Shown in pieces: positions 51,406-61,711 of a stretch of 64,000 bases of DNA (the first letter of the stretch is position 1; each line of letters starts with the position of its first letter). Source of the stretch: Candidatus Heimdallarchaeota archaeon. GTDB taxonomy: Archaea > Asgardarchaeota > Heimdallarchaeia > Hodarchaeales > Hodarchaeaceae. The DNA is taken from contig CP070695.1 of the NCBI GenBank assembly GCA_020353515.1, positions 2,937,231-3,001,230 on the forward strand, written 5' to 3'. The notes beneath the pieces were generated by a model. That model had not been told where the DNA came from, ran no database searches, and worked only from the letters and a program-made list of their open reading frames with translations. The translations under genes were made by a program, and so were the position numbers.

Positions 51406-52461
51406 TTGCTTAAAGATTTCGAGGGATACTTTTTAAATAAGGAAATGAAAGCATACTTTGAAGATTATAAGTTATACACCTTACAAATAGAAATCAATCA
51501 AAATTGTCAGCAGAATTGCATCTACTGTTATGCTCGTGAATCTCGTGGAGAGGAAATGAACCCAGATTTTATCAAAAGTATTCTCGATGCTGCTGCAGAG
51601 ATGGAAGTACGAAAAATTGAATGGTTAGGAGGTGATTGTCTCCTCCATTCTTCTTGGGAGGAATTAATGGCCTACGCCAAATGTGAGCATCAACTCATCA
51701 ACAATATTTGGACGAGTGGAAATCAATTAAAAAATACGGCAGTTGCAAAAAAAGTAATCGAATTAACACGTGATGGAGGCTTTATTTCCGTCCATCTAGA
51801 TTCACTAAATCCTGAAATTTATTCTAAACTCACAAATGGGAACCTTAAGTATCTTAAAGATACGTTGGAGGGAATCCAGAATCTAATCGATTTAGGAAAA
51901 TCACCTTCAGAGATCTTAAATTGTATGGCGTTAACAGGACTCCAAGCAGGAGAAGATTTTAAAGACACTGTTCAGTACTTTCATAACCAATTTAAAATAC
52001 CTGTAACTTTTATTAGCTATAAACCTACAAGTAAGGATTCTCGCTTACCGATCACCTCTCAACAGATAAAAGAAGCAGAGAGAGTAAAAACAAATGTCTT
52101 TTATGGTATTAATGTTCCAATTATACCACAGTGTGTCTCAAAATTTTATTGTGGAACAACAGCATCTATTATACCAGAGACAGGAAGCCCTACTGTAGGA
52201 AATTTAACAGTTTGTTCACGAATTCGACAATCATTTGGGAAACTTGAATTTGGTCTATCTTTCAAAGACCAATTTTATGAACTCAAAAATATACTATTAA
52301 CAAGGAAGCTAAAGGACGTTAACAATCTTCCAAATGATTGTCAACAGTGCACTTATAATAATATTTGTTGGGGATGTCGTAGTAATGCTTGGTATTACGT
52401 AGGGGATGTTTTTGCGGGGGATCCTAGATGCTGGAGACGCCTTCAGAATGATTCAATCTAA
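51406..52461 (+). CDS. Radical SAM/SPASM protein
   Basis: CQQNCIYC plus SPASM-like CQQCTYNNICWGCRS...DPRC. Confidence 0.88.
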   Translation: MLKDFEGYFLNKEMKAYFEDYKLYTLQIEINQNCQQNCIYCYARESRGEEMNPDFIKSILDAAAEMEVRKIEWLGGDCLLHSSWEELMAYAKCEHQLINNIWTSGNQLKNTAVAKKVIELTRDGGFISVHLDSLNPEIYSKLTNGNLKYLKDTLEGIQNLIDLGKSPSEILNCMALTGLQAGEDFKDTVQYFHNQFKIPVTFISYKPTSKDSRLPITSQQIKEAERVKTNVFYGINVPIIPQCVSKFYCGTTASIIPETGSPTVGNLTVCSRIRQSFGKLEFGLSFKDQFYELKNILLTRKLKDVNNLPNDCQQCTYNNICWGCRSNAWYYVGDVFAGDPRCWRRLQNDSI

Positions 52462-52638
52462 ATTATCTTCAAAGGTAGAGAAAGACCTCAATGTTAAACC
52501 TCCTTTTGAAGAGTCCATTATATATAGAATTCATAGAAAAATCAAGGTTCAGTTAACTAATTGATGTATTTCCAAAATTATCCCCTTAAATAAGATTATT
52601 GGTGTCCATAAAGTCCATTGAAGGAGTCTAAAGCTAGT

Positions 52639-53184
52639 ATGAAGGCTAAAATAATAGCTGCTTTATATAAAATTACAACAGGCAACAAAATAGTACGGAT
52701 ACTTCTCACGCCAGTTGGAGGGGGAGCCTTCATTCTTGTTAGTGTAATACTTATTCTTTTTTCTCTAGCAATAGATGAACTGTTTAGCTTCCCTAGACTT
52801 ATCCCAAACCCATTTAGTCTGTTGTTATCCATACCTGTTATTACTGTAGGATTGGTTTTAATATTATGGGCATCATTGCTTTTCGTCAAAGCGAAGGGAA
52901 CACCTGTACCATTTTCTCCTCCAACAAAATTAGTAAATTCTGGACCCTATGCTTATATTAGAAATCCAATTGTGTTAGGTTATATCCTAATATTTTTTGG
53001 GATTGGATTTTTCCTAGGATCAATTTCGCTTGTACTAATAATTTCTCCGTTGTATTTCCTACTTCTCATTCTAGAGATAAAACTGATTGAGGAACCAGAG
53101 CTTGAGAAGCGTCTCGGAAAAGATTACCTGGAATATAAGGAAAGAGTCCCCATGTTCCTCCCAAGATTGAAGATAAAGAAATGA
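52639..53184 (+). CDS. ICMT/PEMT-family membrane methyltransferase
   Basis: GTPVPFSPPTKLV..GPYAYIRNP and EEPELEKRLGKDYLEYKERVP. Confidence 0.88.
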   Translation: MKAKIIAALYKITTGNKIVRILLTPVGGGAFILVSVILILFSLAIDELFSFPRLIPNPFSLLLSIPVITVGLVLILWASLLFVKAKGTPVPFSPPTKLVNSGPYAYIRNPIVLGYILIFFGIGFFLGSISLVLIISPLYFLLLILEIKLIEEPELEKRLGKDYLEYKERVPMFLPRLKIKK

Positions 53185-53290
53185 TTGTGATCAATACTAA
53201 TTATATAGTCAATATTAATATAAAACTAAATACACCGAAATCACAGCATCCAGAATGAGATTCACCTCGTTTAAAAAGGATTTAAAGGAA

Positions 53291-53312
53291 GAGTTACTGT
53301 ATAGTGTAACTC
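53291..53312 (-). terminator. Hairpin downstream of 53333..53650
   Basis: GAGTTAC-N8-GTAACTC followed by pyrimidine runs on the minus strand. Confidence 0.45.
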
Positions 53313-53332
53313 CTCCAAAATCTGTTTCACTC

Positions 53333-53650
53333 TTACGTGCTCATTCCGATAAATGCTAGAGCTTCAACAACTGTATATTGTACCTCTACTGAATATTCAT
53401 ATCCTTCGATATCGTGATACATAACCTGACTTTGTATTGTTGCTGCCAAAGCTTCTTCTAGTTTTCCCTCTTTTACTAGTGCTATACCTAACGATTCAAT
53501 TCCTCGTTCTGTGGCCTTAACTGATGCGGGTACAACTGGTTCACTTAGTGTTTCATCATGTGGATATTTTTCCATCACCTCTAAATATCTTTGAGCTACT
53601 TCAGGTACCTTATGGGTTGGATACCAGGAATGTGTAACAATATATGGCAT
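53333..53650 (-). CDS. Small hypothetical protein (alpha/beta)
   Basis: GAGGTG RBS and ATG at 53650: MPYIVTHSWYP...; normal coding composition. Confidence 0.75.
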   Translation of the reverse strand: MPYIVTHSWYPTHKVPEVAQRYLEVMEKYPHDETLSEPVVPASVKATERGIESLGIALVKEGKLEEALAATIQSQVMYHDIEGYEYSVEVQYTVVEALAFIGMST

Positions 53651-53686
53651 ATATTTCACCTCACACTACTTTTTCATGGAAAATAA

Positions 53687-53717
53687 GGTTATTCAGACCC
53701 CAAAAGTCTGAATAATC
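53687..53717. promoter_or_regulatory. 10-bp perfect inverted repeat upstream of 53650 (5' hairpin or operator)
   Basis: TTATTCAGAC-N7-GTCTGAATAA at 53689-53715. Confidence 0.55.
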
Positions 53718-53833
53718 CCTCTATGCGATATTTGCTTATTAAACCTTCCTCCCCTATTTTATATGAATTAGTAGCCTCAACAAATTTATAATATTGATAG
53801 TGAGCTAGAGATCTTTCAAAGAAGGAAATCACA

Positions 53834-55249
53834 ATGATTCAATCAGGAGAAATAATTTGGAAAAGTGCGGTAGAACTCGCTAAAGGTATTAAAGATGGGG
53901 AATTATCACCAGTTGAAGTTTTGGATGCATATTTAGACAGGATTAACGAGATCAACCCAAAAATCAATGCAATCGTTACATTAATAGAGGATAGTGCCAG
54001 AGAAGAGGCAAAAAAGGCAGAGGAAAGAGTAAAAGAAGGAAAGGAATTAGGTGCCTTACATGGTGTTCCTGTTGTTATCAAAGATAACATACCTGTTAGA
54101 GGAGTGAGAACTACTTACGGTTCCAAGTTATACGAGAACCACGTTCCAGAAGAGGACATGATTCTAGTTGATAGGTTGAAGCGTGCTGGGGCAATTATTT
54201 TAGGTAAAACAAATATGCCAGAGTTTGGTTTGATTGGAATAACAGATAATCCCGTTTTCGGAGTTTCAAAAAATCCATGGAATACGAACAAAACAACTGG
54301 AGGTTCTAGTGGAGGATCAGCAGCAGCTGTAGCTGCTGGTCTGTCTCCCATTGCAATTGGAAACGATGGTGGTGGTTCTATAAGAATTCCAGCTAATTTT
54401 TGTGGAGTTTTTGGATTAAAACCGCATCTAGGACGGATTCCACGCTATCCATCATTACCTGGATGGGAAACAATGGCAGTCGAAGGACCCATAACTCGAA
54501 CGGTCGAGGATGCCGCAATTCTGATGGACGTGATGGCTGGACCCGATGATAGAGATTACTTATGTCTACCTTCACCAAAGACAAACTACCACGAAAGATT
54601 AGAAGAAGATATTACTGGAAAGAAATTTGCATTTAGTCCCGATTTGGGTCAATTCGTCATCGACCCAGATGTTACAGAAGTAGTGACGAATGCAGTTTCC
54701 TCCTTTAGTAATTTGGGTCATGATGTAGAAGAAGTAAAGTTAGATTTGGTGGATATGGGTGAGGACTTCTTATATCAAATCGTTTCTGAAACTGCTGCTG
54801 GACTTGAAGCGCTTAGAGAGGAATGGGAGAAAGTTATGTATCCAGCGTATGCTGCTTTCCTAGGTTTAGAAGAGAATTTGAAGTCCATGGATTTTGTGAA
54901 GATCCAATACAAGCGCAAGGAACTGTGGGAACAAATCTGGAAACAGGTTTTCAAGAAATATGATTTCCTACTAGCACCAGTAACCGCAGTTCCTGCATTC
55001 GATATAGAAATAGGAATCGGACCCTTTGAGGTAAATGGAGAAAGCATTGGTCCTACTGGTTGGTTATTAACTTTTCCATTCAACTTCACTGGCCAGCCTG
55101 CATCTTCGGTTCCATGTGGATTCACGAAGGAAAATCTTCCAGTTGGTCTTCAGATAATTGGAAATCGCTTTGACGAACTTGGTGTCCTCCAGGCTTCTAT
55201 AGCTTTTGAAAAAGGATTGCCTTGGAGAGATAAGAAACCATCCATATAA
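53834..55249 (+). CDS. Amidase signature family enzyme
   Basis: HGVPVVIKD, GKTNMPEF, GGSSGGSAAAV and DGGGSIRIPA (Lys-cisSer-Ser triad). Confidence 0.93.
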   Translation: MIQSGEIIWKSAVELAKGIKDGELSPVEVLDAYLDRINEINPKINAIVTLIEDSAREEAKKAEERVKEGKELGALHGVPVVIKDNIPVRGVRTTYGSKLYENHVPEEDMILVDRLKRAGAIILGKTNMPEFGLIGITDNPVFGVSKNPWNTNKTTGGSSGGSAAAVAAGLSPIAIGNDGGGSIRIPANFCGVFGLKPHLGRIPRYPSLPGWETMAVEGPITRTVEDAAILMDVMAGPDDRDYLCLPSPKTNYHERLEEDITGKKFAFSPDLGQFVIDPDVTEVVTNAVSSFSNLGHDVEEVKLDLVDMGEDFLYQIVSETAAGLEALREEWEKVMYPAYAAFLGLEENLKSMDFVKIQYKRKELWEQIWKQVFKKYDFLLAPVTAVPAFDIEIGIGPFEVNGESIGPTGWLLTFPFNFTGQPASSVPCGFTKENLPVGLQIIGNRFDELGVLQASIAFEKGLPWRDKKPSI

Positions 55250-55298
55250 CAAATATGGAAGAAGATTAGTTAATCATGAAAGGTATTTGGTCAACTTC

Positions 55299-56303
55299 AT
55301 GGAATATAAAGAGCTTGAAAACTGTAAATTGTGTGCTTGGGAATGTGGAGTCGATCGATTAGCAGGAGAGCAAGGAGTTTGCCTAGCGGGGCTCCCTAAA
55401 GTTGCAAGCTGCCAACTCCATCCAGCACCGCCACAATCCTATACTATTTTTTGTAGTTCATGCAATTTCAGGTGCCTCAACTGTCAGAATTGGGAGATCG
55501 CTCACTATCCCTTCACCCAGTACAAGATTAAAGGAATTGTTAATCCTGAACACGTTGCTCGAGTCGGAGTACAAGCTGTAAACTCTAACGCAGGACAGAT
55601 GATCGGAGCTGATCGATTCTTTTTTAGTGGGGGATCTCCAACTGTTTCTCTCCCTTGGATTGAAGAAGTTGTTCAATGTGCCAAAACTCTTGATCCAGAC
55701 ATAAAAATTAACTTTGATACTAATGGGTTCCCCTCTAAAAACAGTTTTCGGCGTATAATTTCCATCTCAGACTCTCTAACATTTGATATTAAAGCTTATA
55801 ATGATGAGGTTCATCGAACTTTAACTGGTGCACCAGTAGAGCCTGTTTTAACCAATGTTCAAGAAATGGCAAGACAAAAAGATCAGTTATGGGAGTTTAG
55901 AATCTTAGTTATACCTAACATTGTGGACCTCCCAGAAATTCAAGCAATAACTGAATTTATTGTGAGTTTAGATGAAACTTTACCAGTATCATTTCTAACA
56001 TTCCGTCCCAATTTTTGTTTAGATACCCACCCTGGAGCATCGAGAGAATTGATGGAAGCTGTTGTGACATTAGCTCGAAGAACTGGACTAACAAACGTTC
56101 ACTGGGCTGGCTTTTCGGGTATTCCAGGTGTTAACCCCTCAATTCCACAACGAATCAAGGATCAATTTTCTCTTCAAAACTCCGCTGTTGCAGCTTTTTA
56201 TGCACAACGCGCTGGATGCCGACAAATCCATCGAGATTGTGGAAAGTGTAGTTTCAAACTTACATGTGACTTAAAGGGTTATTATCCTTGTCAAAGTAGG
56301 TAA
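55299..56303 (+). CDS. Radical SAM protein (PflX/AmmeMemoRadiSam-related)
   Basis: N-terminal CKLCAWECGVDR..G.C, CNFRCLNCQNW and a C-terminal Cys cluster; ATG at 55299. Confidence 0.85.
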   Translation: MEYKELENCKLCAWECGVDRLAGEQGVCLAGLPKVASCQLHPAPPQSYTIFCSSCNFRCLNCQNWEIAHYPFTQYKIKGIVNPEHVARVGVQAVNSNAGQMIGADRFFFSGGSPTVSLPWIEEVVQCAKTLDPDIKINFDTNGFPSKNSFRRIISISDSLTFDIKAYNDEVHRTLTGAPVEPVLTNVQEMARQKDQLWEFRILVIPNIVDLPEIQAITEFIVSLDETLPVSFLTFRPNFCLDTHPGASRELMEAVVTLARRTGLTNVHWAGFSGIPGVNPSIPQRIKDQFSLQNSAVAAFYAQRAGCRQIHRDCGKCSFKLTCDLKGYYPCQSR

Positions 56304-56314
56304 TCAAAGGATAT

Positions 56315-57199
56315 TCAGAAAAATTCCCTTAGATTACTAACTATTTCTCTAATTGGATCCAATTTATTTAGTGTATAGAAATGTAGTCCAGATGCACCTC
56401 CTCTAAGAAGTTCAGTACACTGTTCTACAGCTAATTCGATCCCTTTTTCTTGAGTAGCTTTTGAATCTTCCTCTATTGGACCAAAAATATCGTAAAAACG
56501 TTGTGGAATAGAAGCTCCACTAAAAGCACAGAAGTTCTTCAAATTCTTGAAATTAAAGACTGGAAGAATTCCAGGAATTATTCTGGTAGTAACACCAATT
56601 TGTTTTAAACGAGAAACATAATCAAAATAGTCATTGTTTTCATAGAAAAGTTGAGTAATGATAAACTCACCTCCAGAATCCAACTTGTTTTTTAAATATA
56701 TGATGTCGATTTCTTTGTTTAACGCTTCAGGATGCCCTTCTGGGAAACCTGCTATTCCACACGAAAAGAAATCTCCATAATTACGTGAAACAAGATCACA
56801 TAATTGGTAAGCATATGAAAATCCATCTGGATCAGGTTTCCAGTCCTTCACACCCCTAGGTGGATCTCCGCGTAACGCTAAGACATTACATATTCCGTTG
56901 GTCTTCATGGTATTTAAAATTTTGATTAAATCCTGTTTTGAATGTCCAACACAGGTTATATGATGAATTGTAGGGATATCCAAACGATTTTGAAGTTCTA
57001 CGGTAATATCCATTGTTTTGTCTCGAGTACTCCCACCTGCTCCATATGTGACTGAAATAAAATCTGCTCCCAATTTCACTAGCTCTTCTACAACATGATA
57101 AAAAGAGTCCAATTGTGAGTCTTTCTTAGGTGGAAAAAACTCAAATGATAGCGTGATCTCCTTTTGTTTGAATATATCAATGATTTTCTGAACTCGCAT
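56315..57199 (-). CDS. metF: 5,10-methylenetetrahydrofolate reductase
   Basis: SFEFFPPK, SVTYGAGGSTR, LALRGDPP, PEGHPE, ITQLF and GLHFYTLN. Confidence 0.95.
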   Translation of the reverse strand: MRVQKIIDIFKQKEITLSFEFFPPKKDSQLDSFYHVVEELVKLGADFISVTYGAGGSTRDKTMDITVELQNRLDIPTIHHITCVGHSKQDLIKILNTMKTNGICNVLALRGDPPRGVKDWKPDPDGFSYAYQLCDLVSRNYGDFFSCGIAGFPEGHPEALNKEIDIIYLKNKLDSGGEFIITQLFYENNDYFDYVSRLKQIGVTTRIIPGILPVFNFKNLKNFCAFSGASIPQRFYDIFGPIEEDSKATQEKGIELAVEQCTELLRGGASGLHFYTLNKLDPIREIVSNLREFF

Positions 57200-57372
57200 T
57201 TATTTCGCCAATTAAAACAGTGAGAACTTGATAACAGTTTATCATAAATTGAAATTTTTTGCGTGTTTTAAAATCTAATGGGTTTTCAAACAACTTTTTT
57301 TACTAGAGTGATTTTAATTGAATCTTAAGGAGTAACTAAGTAATATAGGTCAACTGAATCTTGGGTGATTTT

Positions 57373-58524
57373 ATGATCGTTAAGGATCTATCAGACGATT
57401 TTCCAATGATAAGAAAAGTTAATTATCTGAGTACAGCAAGTATTGGTTTGGTTCCTAATCCAGTTATTGAAACAACCAAGAATTTCTTCACTGAAATGGC
57501 TAGGAAGGGAACTTTAGCTTTAGATGAAGAGAAAGAGGTTAAGATTTACGAGAATCTCAGAAAAGAAGGAAGCCAACTTCTAAATTGTAATCCAAAGGAT
57601 ATTGCAGTCTTTAACAGTGTTTCCGAGGCATTAAACTCTGTTGCATGGAGTTTAGAGCTTAAAGAAGGAAAGTTAGTATCAACTGAGATTGAATTCCCTA
57701 GTGTTAGTTACCCTTTGTTTAGAATCGCTGAGAATGAAAATATCACTGTTAAACTTGTCAAAGCAGATAATTGGACCATATCTCTTGATGAAATCTTAGC
57801 TGAGATTGACGAAACTACAAAAGCTGTTTTTATAACACATGTAGAATTTCTTACTGGACAACAACACGACCTTAAGAAAATTACAGATCAGGCTCATGAT
57901 TTTGGTTCATTAGTAGTAGTAGATGGAATTCAGGCAGCTGGTTACCTTCCAATTGATGTTAGAAAATTAGGAATCGATGTTTACATCACAGGTAGTTACA
58001 AATGGTTGTTAGCTCCCTTTGGAACTGCAATAGCATATATCTCAAAAGACCTTTATGAAGCATTAACTCCTACTTTTGTCGGATGGCGTTCTTCAGAGGA
58101 CATGTGGGATTTTAATCCATTAGAACTTAAATTCCCACCTACTGCAATGAAATTTGAATATAGCACAAGTGCTTATGGAGTAAAAATTGGGCTAGCAGAA
58201 GCAATAAAGTATTTACATGAGATTGGAATCAATAATATCTATCATCATAATATGAAATTATCTGAATTACTGATTAATGAATTAAAATCAATAGAGAATG
58301 TCAGGATTATCACCCCAGAAAAGAAAGCGTCGATTGTCACTTTTAAAATTAAAGATGTTGATCTTCGCAAAATTGGCGAAGAATTAAGGAAGTTAAAGAG
58401 ACCGATTGAACTTAATATTCGACAAAATATGATAAGAATATCTCTCCACGTTTATAATACCGAAGAGGACGTTTTACAACTAATAGAGAACTTAAAGAAA
58501 TTATTCAAAAGAAGGAATGCTTAA
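57373..58524 (+). CDS. Class V PLP-dependent aminotransferase-fold enzyme
   Basis: YLSTASIG, EFPS, VDGIQAAG, GSYKWLLAP and RISLHVYNTEEDV; GGTGA RBS. Confidence 0.88.
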   Translation: MIVKDLSDDFPMIRKVNYLSTASIGLVPNPVIETTKNFFTEMARKGTLALDEEKEVKIYENLRKEGSQLLNCNPKDIAVFNSVSEALNSVAWSLELKEGKLVSTEIEFPSVSYPLFRIAENENITVKLVKADNWTISLDEILAEIDETTKAVFITHVEFLTGQQHDLKKITDQAHDFGSLVVVDGIQAAGYLPIDVRKLGIDVYITGSYKWLLAPFGTAIAYISKDLYEALTPTFVGWRSSEDMWDFNPLELKFPPTAMKFEYSTSAYGVKIGLAEAIKYLHEIGINNIYHHNMKLSELLINELKSIENVRIITPEKKASIVTFKIKDVDLRKIGEELRKLKRPIELNIRQNMIRISLHVYNTEEDVLQLIENLKKLFKRRNA

Positions 58525-58526
58525 GT

Positions 58527-59942
58527 ATGGATTTAAATGAGTTTCAAAGATTCGGACATCAATTGATTGATTGGATGGTAGAATACCTAAAAAATGTAGA
58601 AAAATACCCTGTAAAATCTCAGGTGACCCCAAAAGAGATTATTAATAAATTACCTTTGTCAGCACCTATAAAAGGAGAAGATTTTACAACCATTTTCACT
58701 GATTTTGAAAAAATAATTCTTCCTGGGATTACTCATTGGCAAAGTCCAAATTTTTTTGCCTATTTTCCCGCAAACAGTTCATATGCTTCAATGTTAGCAG
58801 AAATGCTTATGACGACACTTGGGGCTCAATGTATGAGCTGGGTAACCTCACCAGCAGCAACAGAGTTAGAAGAGCGAGTCATGGAATGGTTAAGAGATAT
58901 GATTGGGTTACCAAAGGATTTTAGTGGTGTAATCCAAGATACAGCCTCAACTTCCACTATTTGTTCACTTCTCACTGCGCGAGAGAAGCTTACTAATTAT
59001 GAAATTAACTCAACAGGGATGAATGATAAAGGAATCTTAACAATATATTGCTCTACAGAGACTCATTCAAGCATAGAAAAAGCTGTTAAAATCGTTGGAG
59101 TGGGAAAAGAGCATTTAAGGAAGATACCAGTTGATGAAAATTATGCCCTTTGCTCAGAACCCCTAGAAGAAGCTATTAAGTCAGATATTGATAATGAAAT
59201 GAAACCCATGGCAGTTGTTGCAACTATAGGCACTACAGGTTCCACAGCAATCGATTCTTTGAAAAAAATCGGAGAAATCTGTTCCAAATATAAAATCTGG
59301 CTTCATGTTGATGCCGCATTAGCGGGAACAGCATTTATTTTACCAGAATACCGATGGATGATTGAAGGCATTGAATACGCAGATACTTTTGTGTTTAATC
59401 CTCATAAATGGATGTTTACAAATTTTGATTGCTCTGCATATTTTATCAAAGATCCTGAGGCATTAGTTCGAACTTTTGAAATCCTTCCTGAATATTTGAA
59501 AACAAAAGCTGAAGGGGTTAAGAACTTTCGAGATTGGGGTTTACAATTGGGTAGGCGGTTTCGTGCTCTTAAACTATGGTTTGTGATCAGAAATTTTGGA
59601 ATAGAAGGATTACAACAAAAGATCAAATATCATATTGATCTCGCGAAGTATTTGAATCAAAAAATCGAGAAATCACCAGATTTTGAACTCCTTGCACCAG
59701 TTCCTTTGAATACACTCTGTTTTAGATATCATCCTACCACTCTCAACAATGAAGAGGAGTTAAACAGGGTGAATGAAGAGCTAATACATCGATTAAATGA
59801 AACAGGAAAACTTTACATGACTCACACAAAATTAGATGGAAAATATACTCTTAGATTCGTTACAGGCCAAACTTACACTCAAAAGAAACACGTTGATAAA
59901 GCATGGCTGCTAATACAAGAGGAAGCACAGAAATTGGCCTGA
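58527..59942 (+). CDS. Aromatic L-amino acid decarboxylase-type group II PLP decarboxylase
   Basis: THWQSPNFFAYFP, SPAATELE, HVDAA, NPHKW and DWGLQLGRRFRALKLWFV. Confidence 0.92.
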   Translation: MDLNEFQRFGHQLIDWMVEYLKNVEKYPVKSQVTPKEIINKLPLSAPIKGEDFTTIFTDFEKIILPGITHWQSPNFFAYFPANSSYASMLAEMLMTTLGAQCMSWVTSPAATELEERVMEWLRDMIGLPKDFSGVIQDTASTSTICSLLTAREKLTNYEINSTGMNDKGILTIYCSTETHSSIEKAVKIVGVGKEHLRKIPVDENYALCSEPLEEAIKSDIDNEMKPMAVVATIGTTGSTAIDSLKKIGEICSKYKIWLHVDAALAGTAFILPEYRWMIEGIEYADTFVFNPHKWMFTNFDCSAYFIKDPEALVRTFEILPEYLKTKAEGVKNFRDWGLQLGRRFRALKLWFVIRNFGIEGLQQKIKYHIDLAKYLNQKIEKSPDFELLAPVPLNTLCFRYHPTTLNNEEELNRVNEELIHRLNETGKLYMTHTKLDGKYTLRFVTGQTYTQKKHVDKAWLLIQEEAQKLA

Positions 59943-60013
59943 ATTTAAGATTTTAAAATCAATTTATTCTAGTAAGGTAGTTCTTAAATGGGAGTTTCTC
60001 TGATCATATTAAT

Positions 60014-61268
60014 ATGAAAAAAGTGAAGCTATTCTGGACCATTTTCTTTATTGTATTCTTTATAACAAGTTTATTGTACGTTGAAGCAATTATAATGACA
60101 GAGGGGAACCCCTACTTTTATAGTTTCAATTTTCTAACTTATGATTCAGATGGAGATGGGATTGATGATGGAGTAAAAGCGACTTTTGATCCAGATTTTC
60201 CTGAAGGATATTCAGGGATAGTCGTTATACATGCAACTTTATTTTCTTCCAATGATACCCTGATAAATAATGCCTCTGGCACTTTCTCTCTAATAGGTGA
60301 AGAATACGACTATTTCGACTTAGATCTTGGAACACAACCTACGGGTTTATATTATTTAGTTGGAAAAATGTTTTTTAACTCAACTATGACACACACAAGA
60401 ACGTCTCGCCTGTTTAGATTAGGATTACTACCATATTTTTATAGTTTTAACTATCTTACTTTCGATTCAGATGACGATGGAGTCGATGACGGTGTCAAAG
60501 CTGTATTCGATCCAGACGTACCTAGTGGACAAAGTTCTTGTTCTTGCAGCTTTATATTCTTCAAATAATACCTTGATAAGTAATACCTCTGACACATATT
60601 CTCTAACTGGGGACGAATATGACTACTTCAAACTGGATCTTGGAGTTAATCTAATTGGTGTATATTATTTAGTTGGGGAAATCTTCTTTAACTCAATCAT
60701 GACTGAAAATCAAACTACTTCTCTTTTTAGGTTAGGATTGCAACCATATTTTTATAGTTTTGATTATTTAACCTATGATTCAGATCAAAATGGCCTTGAG
60801 GATGGTGTGAAGGCTGTTTTTGATCCAGATGTTCCTAGTAGTTATTCGGGTTCAGTTACAGTATATATTGATCTCATTGATTCCTCAAATCGTACCACAA
60901 TCACTACTGTATCTGAAAGTTACTATTTATATGGAACAACCGCTGATTATCTAACACTTGATTTAGGAATTGTTAGTAATGCTGGTTTTTACTATTTACT
61001 GGGTGAAGTCTTTTTTGGCACTATCAGTACGGACACTGTAACGACTTCTAGTTTTTATTTAAATGCAGCAGAAGATCCGATAACCGATAAGTTAGCTCCG
61101 ACAAATCAAACTAATTTACCGTATAGACAAAAAACTGGGCACAAAAGAGGGGAATTTATTGACAATACTCCAACTGCAGGTGAAACTCCGAGCTTTGAGA
61201 GTTTTGTTGGTCTAGTTGGATTATCATGTCTTGTTTTATTATGGTGTCGAAAACGAAGAAAAGCTTAA
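60014..61268 (+). pseudogene. Secreted 3-repeat surface protein with C-terminal PGF-CTERM-like anchor, frameshifted at ~60530
   Basis: Signal peptide; three ~107-aa repeats (PYFYSF...DxDxDG..DGVKA.FDPD); TPSF + TM + RKRRK tail; repeat 2 is 8 nt shorter than repeat 1. Confidence 0.85.
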
Positions 61269-61292
61269 TCGAAGTGATGTGAACCTAATCTT

Positions 61293-61514
61293 TTAGCGGT
61301 TAATGGTATAATAGATTCGTCTTAAGTCAGTCATATCAGGAATCTTTCCAATTAACCCCGCATCATTTAAATCTCGTAGAGCATAACGAACGGTCCGAGT
61401 AGAATAGCTAGTATGTGATGTGATCTCCTTAAAAGTCATTTGCTTACGTGTTTGTAATATCTGATAAATCTTTAAGGAAGAAGGTGGTAAGTTCATAAAT
61501 TCTGTCATACCCAT
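61293..61514 (-). CDS. Small winged-helix DNA-binding protein
   Basis: LPPSSLKIYQIL...MTFKEI...STRTVRYALRDL..AGLI...D.RR.YY; start at 61514 or 61508. Confidence 0.82.
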   Translation of the reverse strand: MGMTEFMNLPPSSLKIYQILQTRKQMTFKEITSHTSYSTRTVRYALRDLNDAGLIGKIPDMTDLRRIYYTINR

Positions 61515-61711
61515 TTTAGGAACACATCCAATCAATTTGGTTTTAATTCTGACTGTAACACGACATTCTCGGTTTTTATAGAAATTTTCCAAAAATCATA
61601 GATCGAAAGTTATAAATATGAGATAAATTGATATTAATTTGGCTTGATATTTTATAAGCATTACGAAAGATGAAAAAAATAGCATATTATTGAAACTTAG
61701 GGACACAGCTT

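Noticed and set aside
52639-53184. ICMT as evidence of eukaryote-like protein prenylation
   Set aside because: This ICMT/PEMT-like family is widespread in prokaryotes, and no prenyltransferase or CaaX substrate is visible.
53834-55249. GatA of the Glu-tRNA amidotransferase
   Set aside because: No gatB/gatC nearby, and the sequence reads as a generic amidase-signature enzyme.
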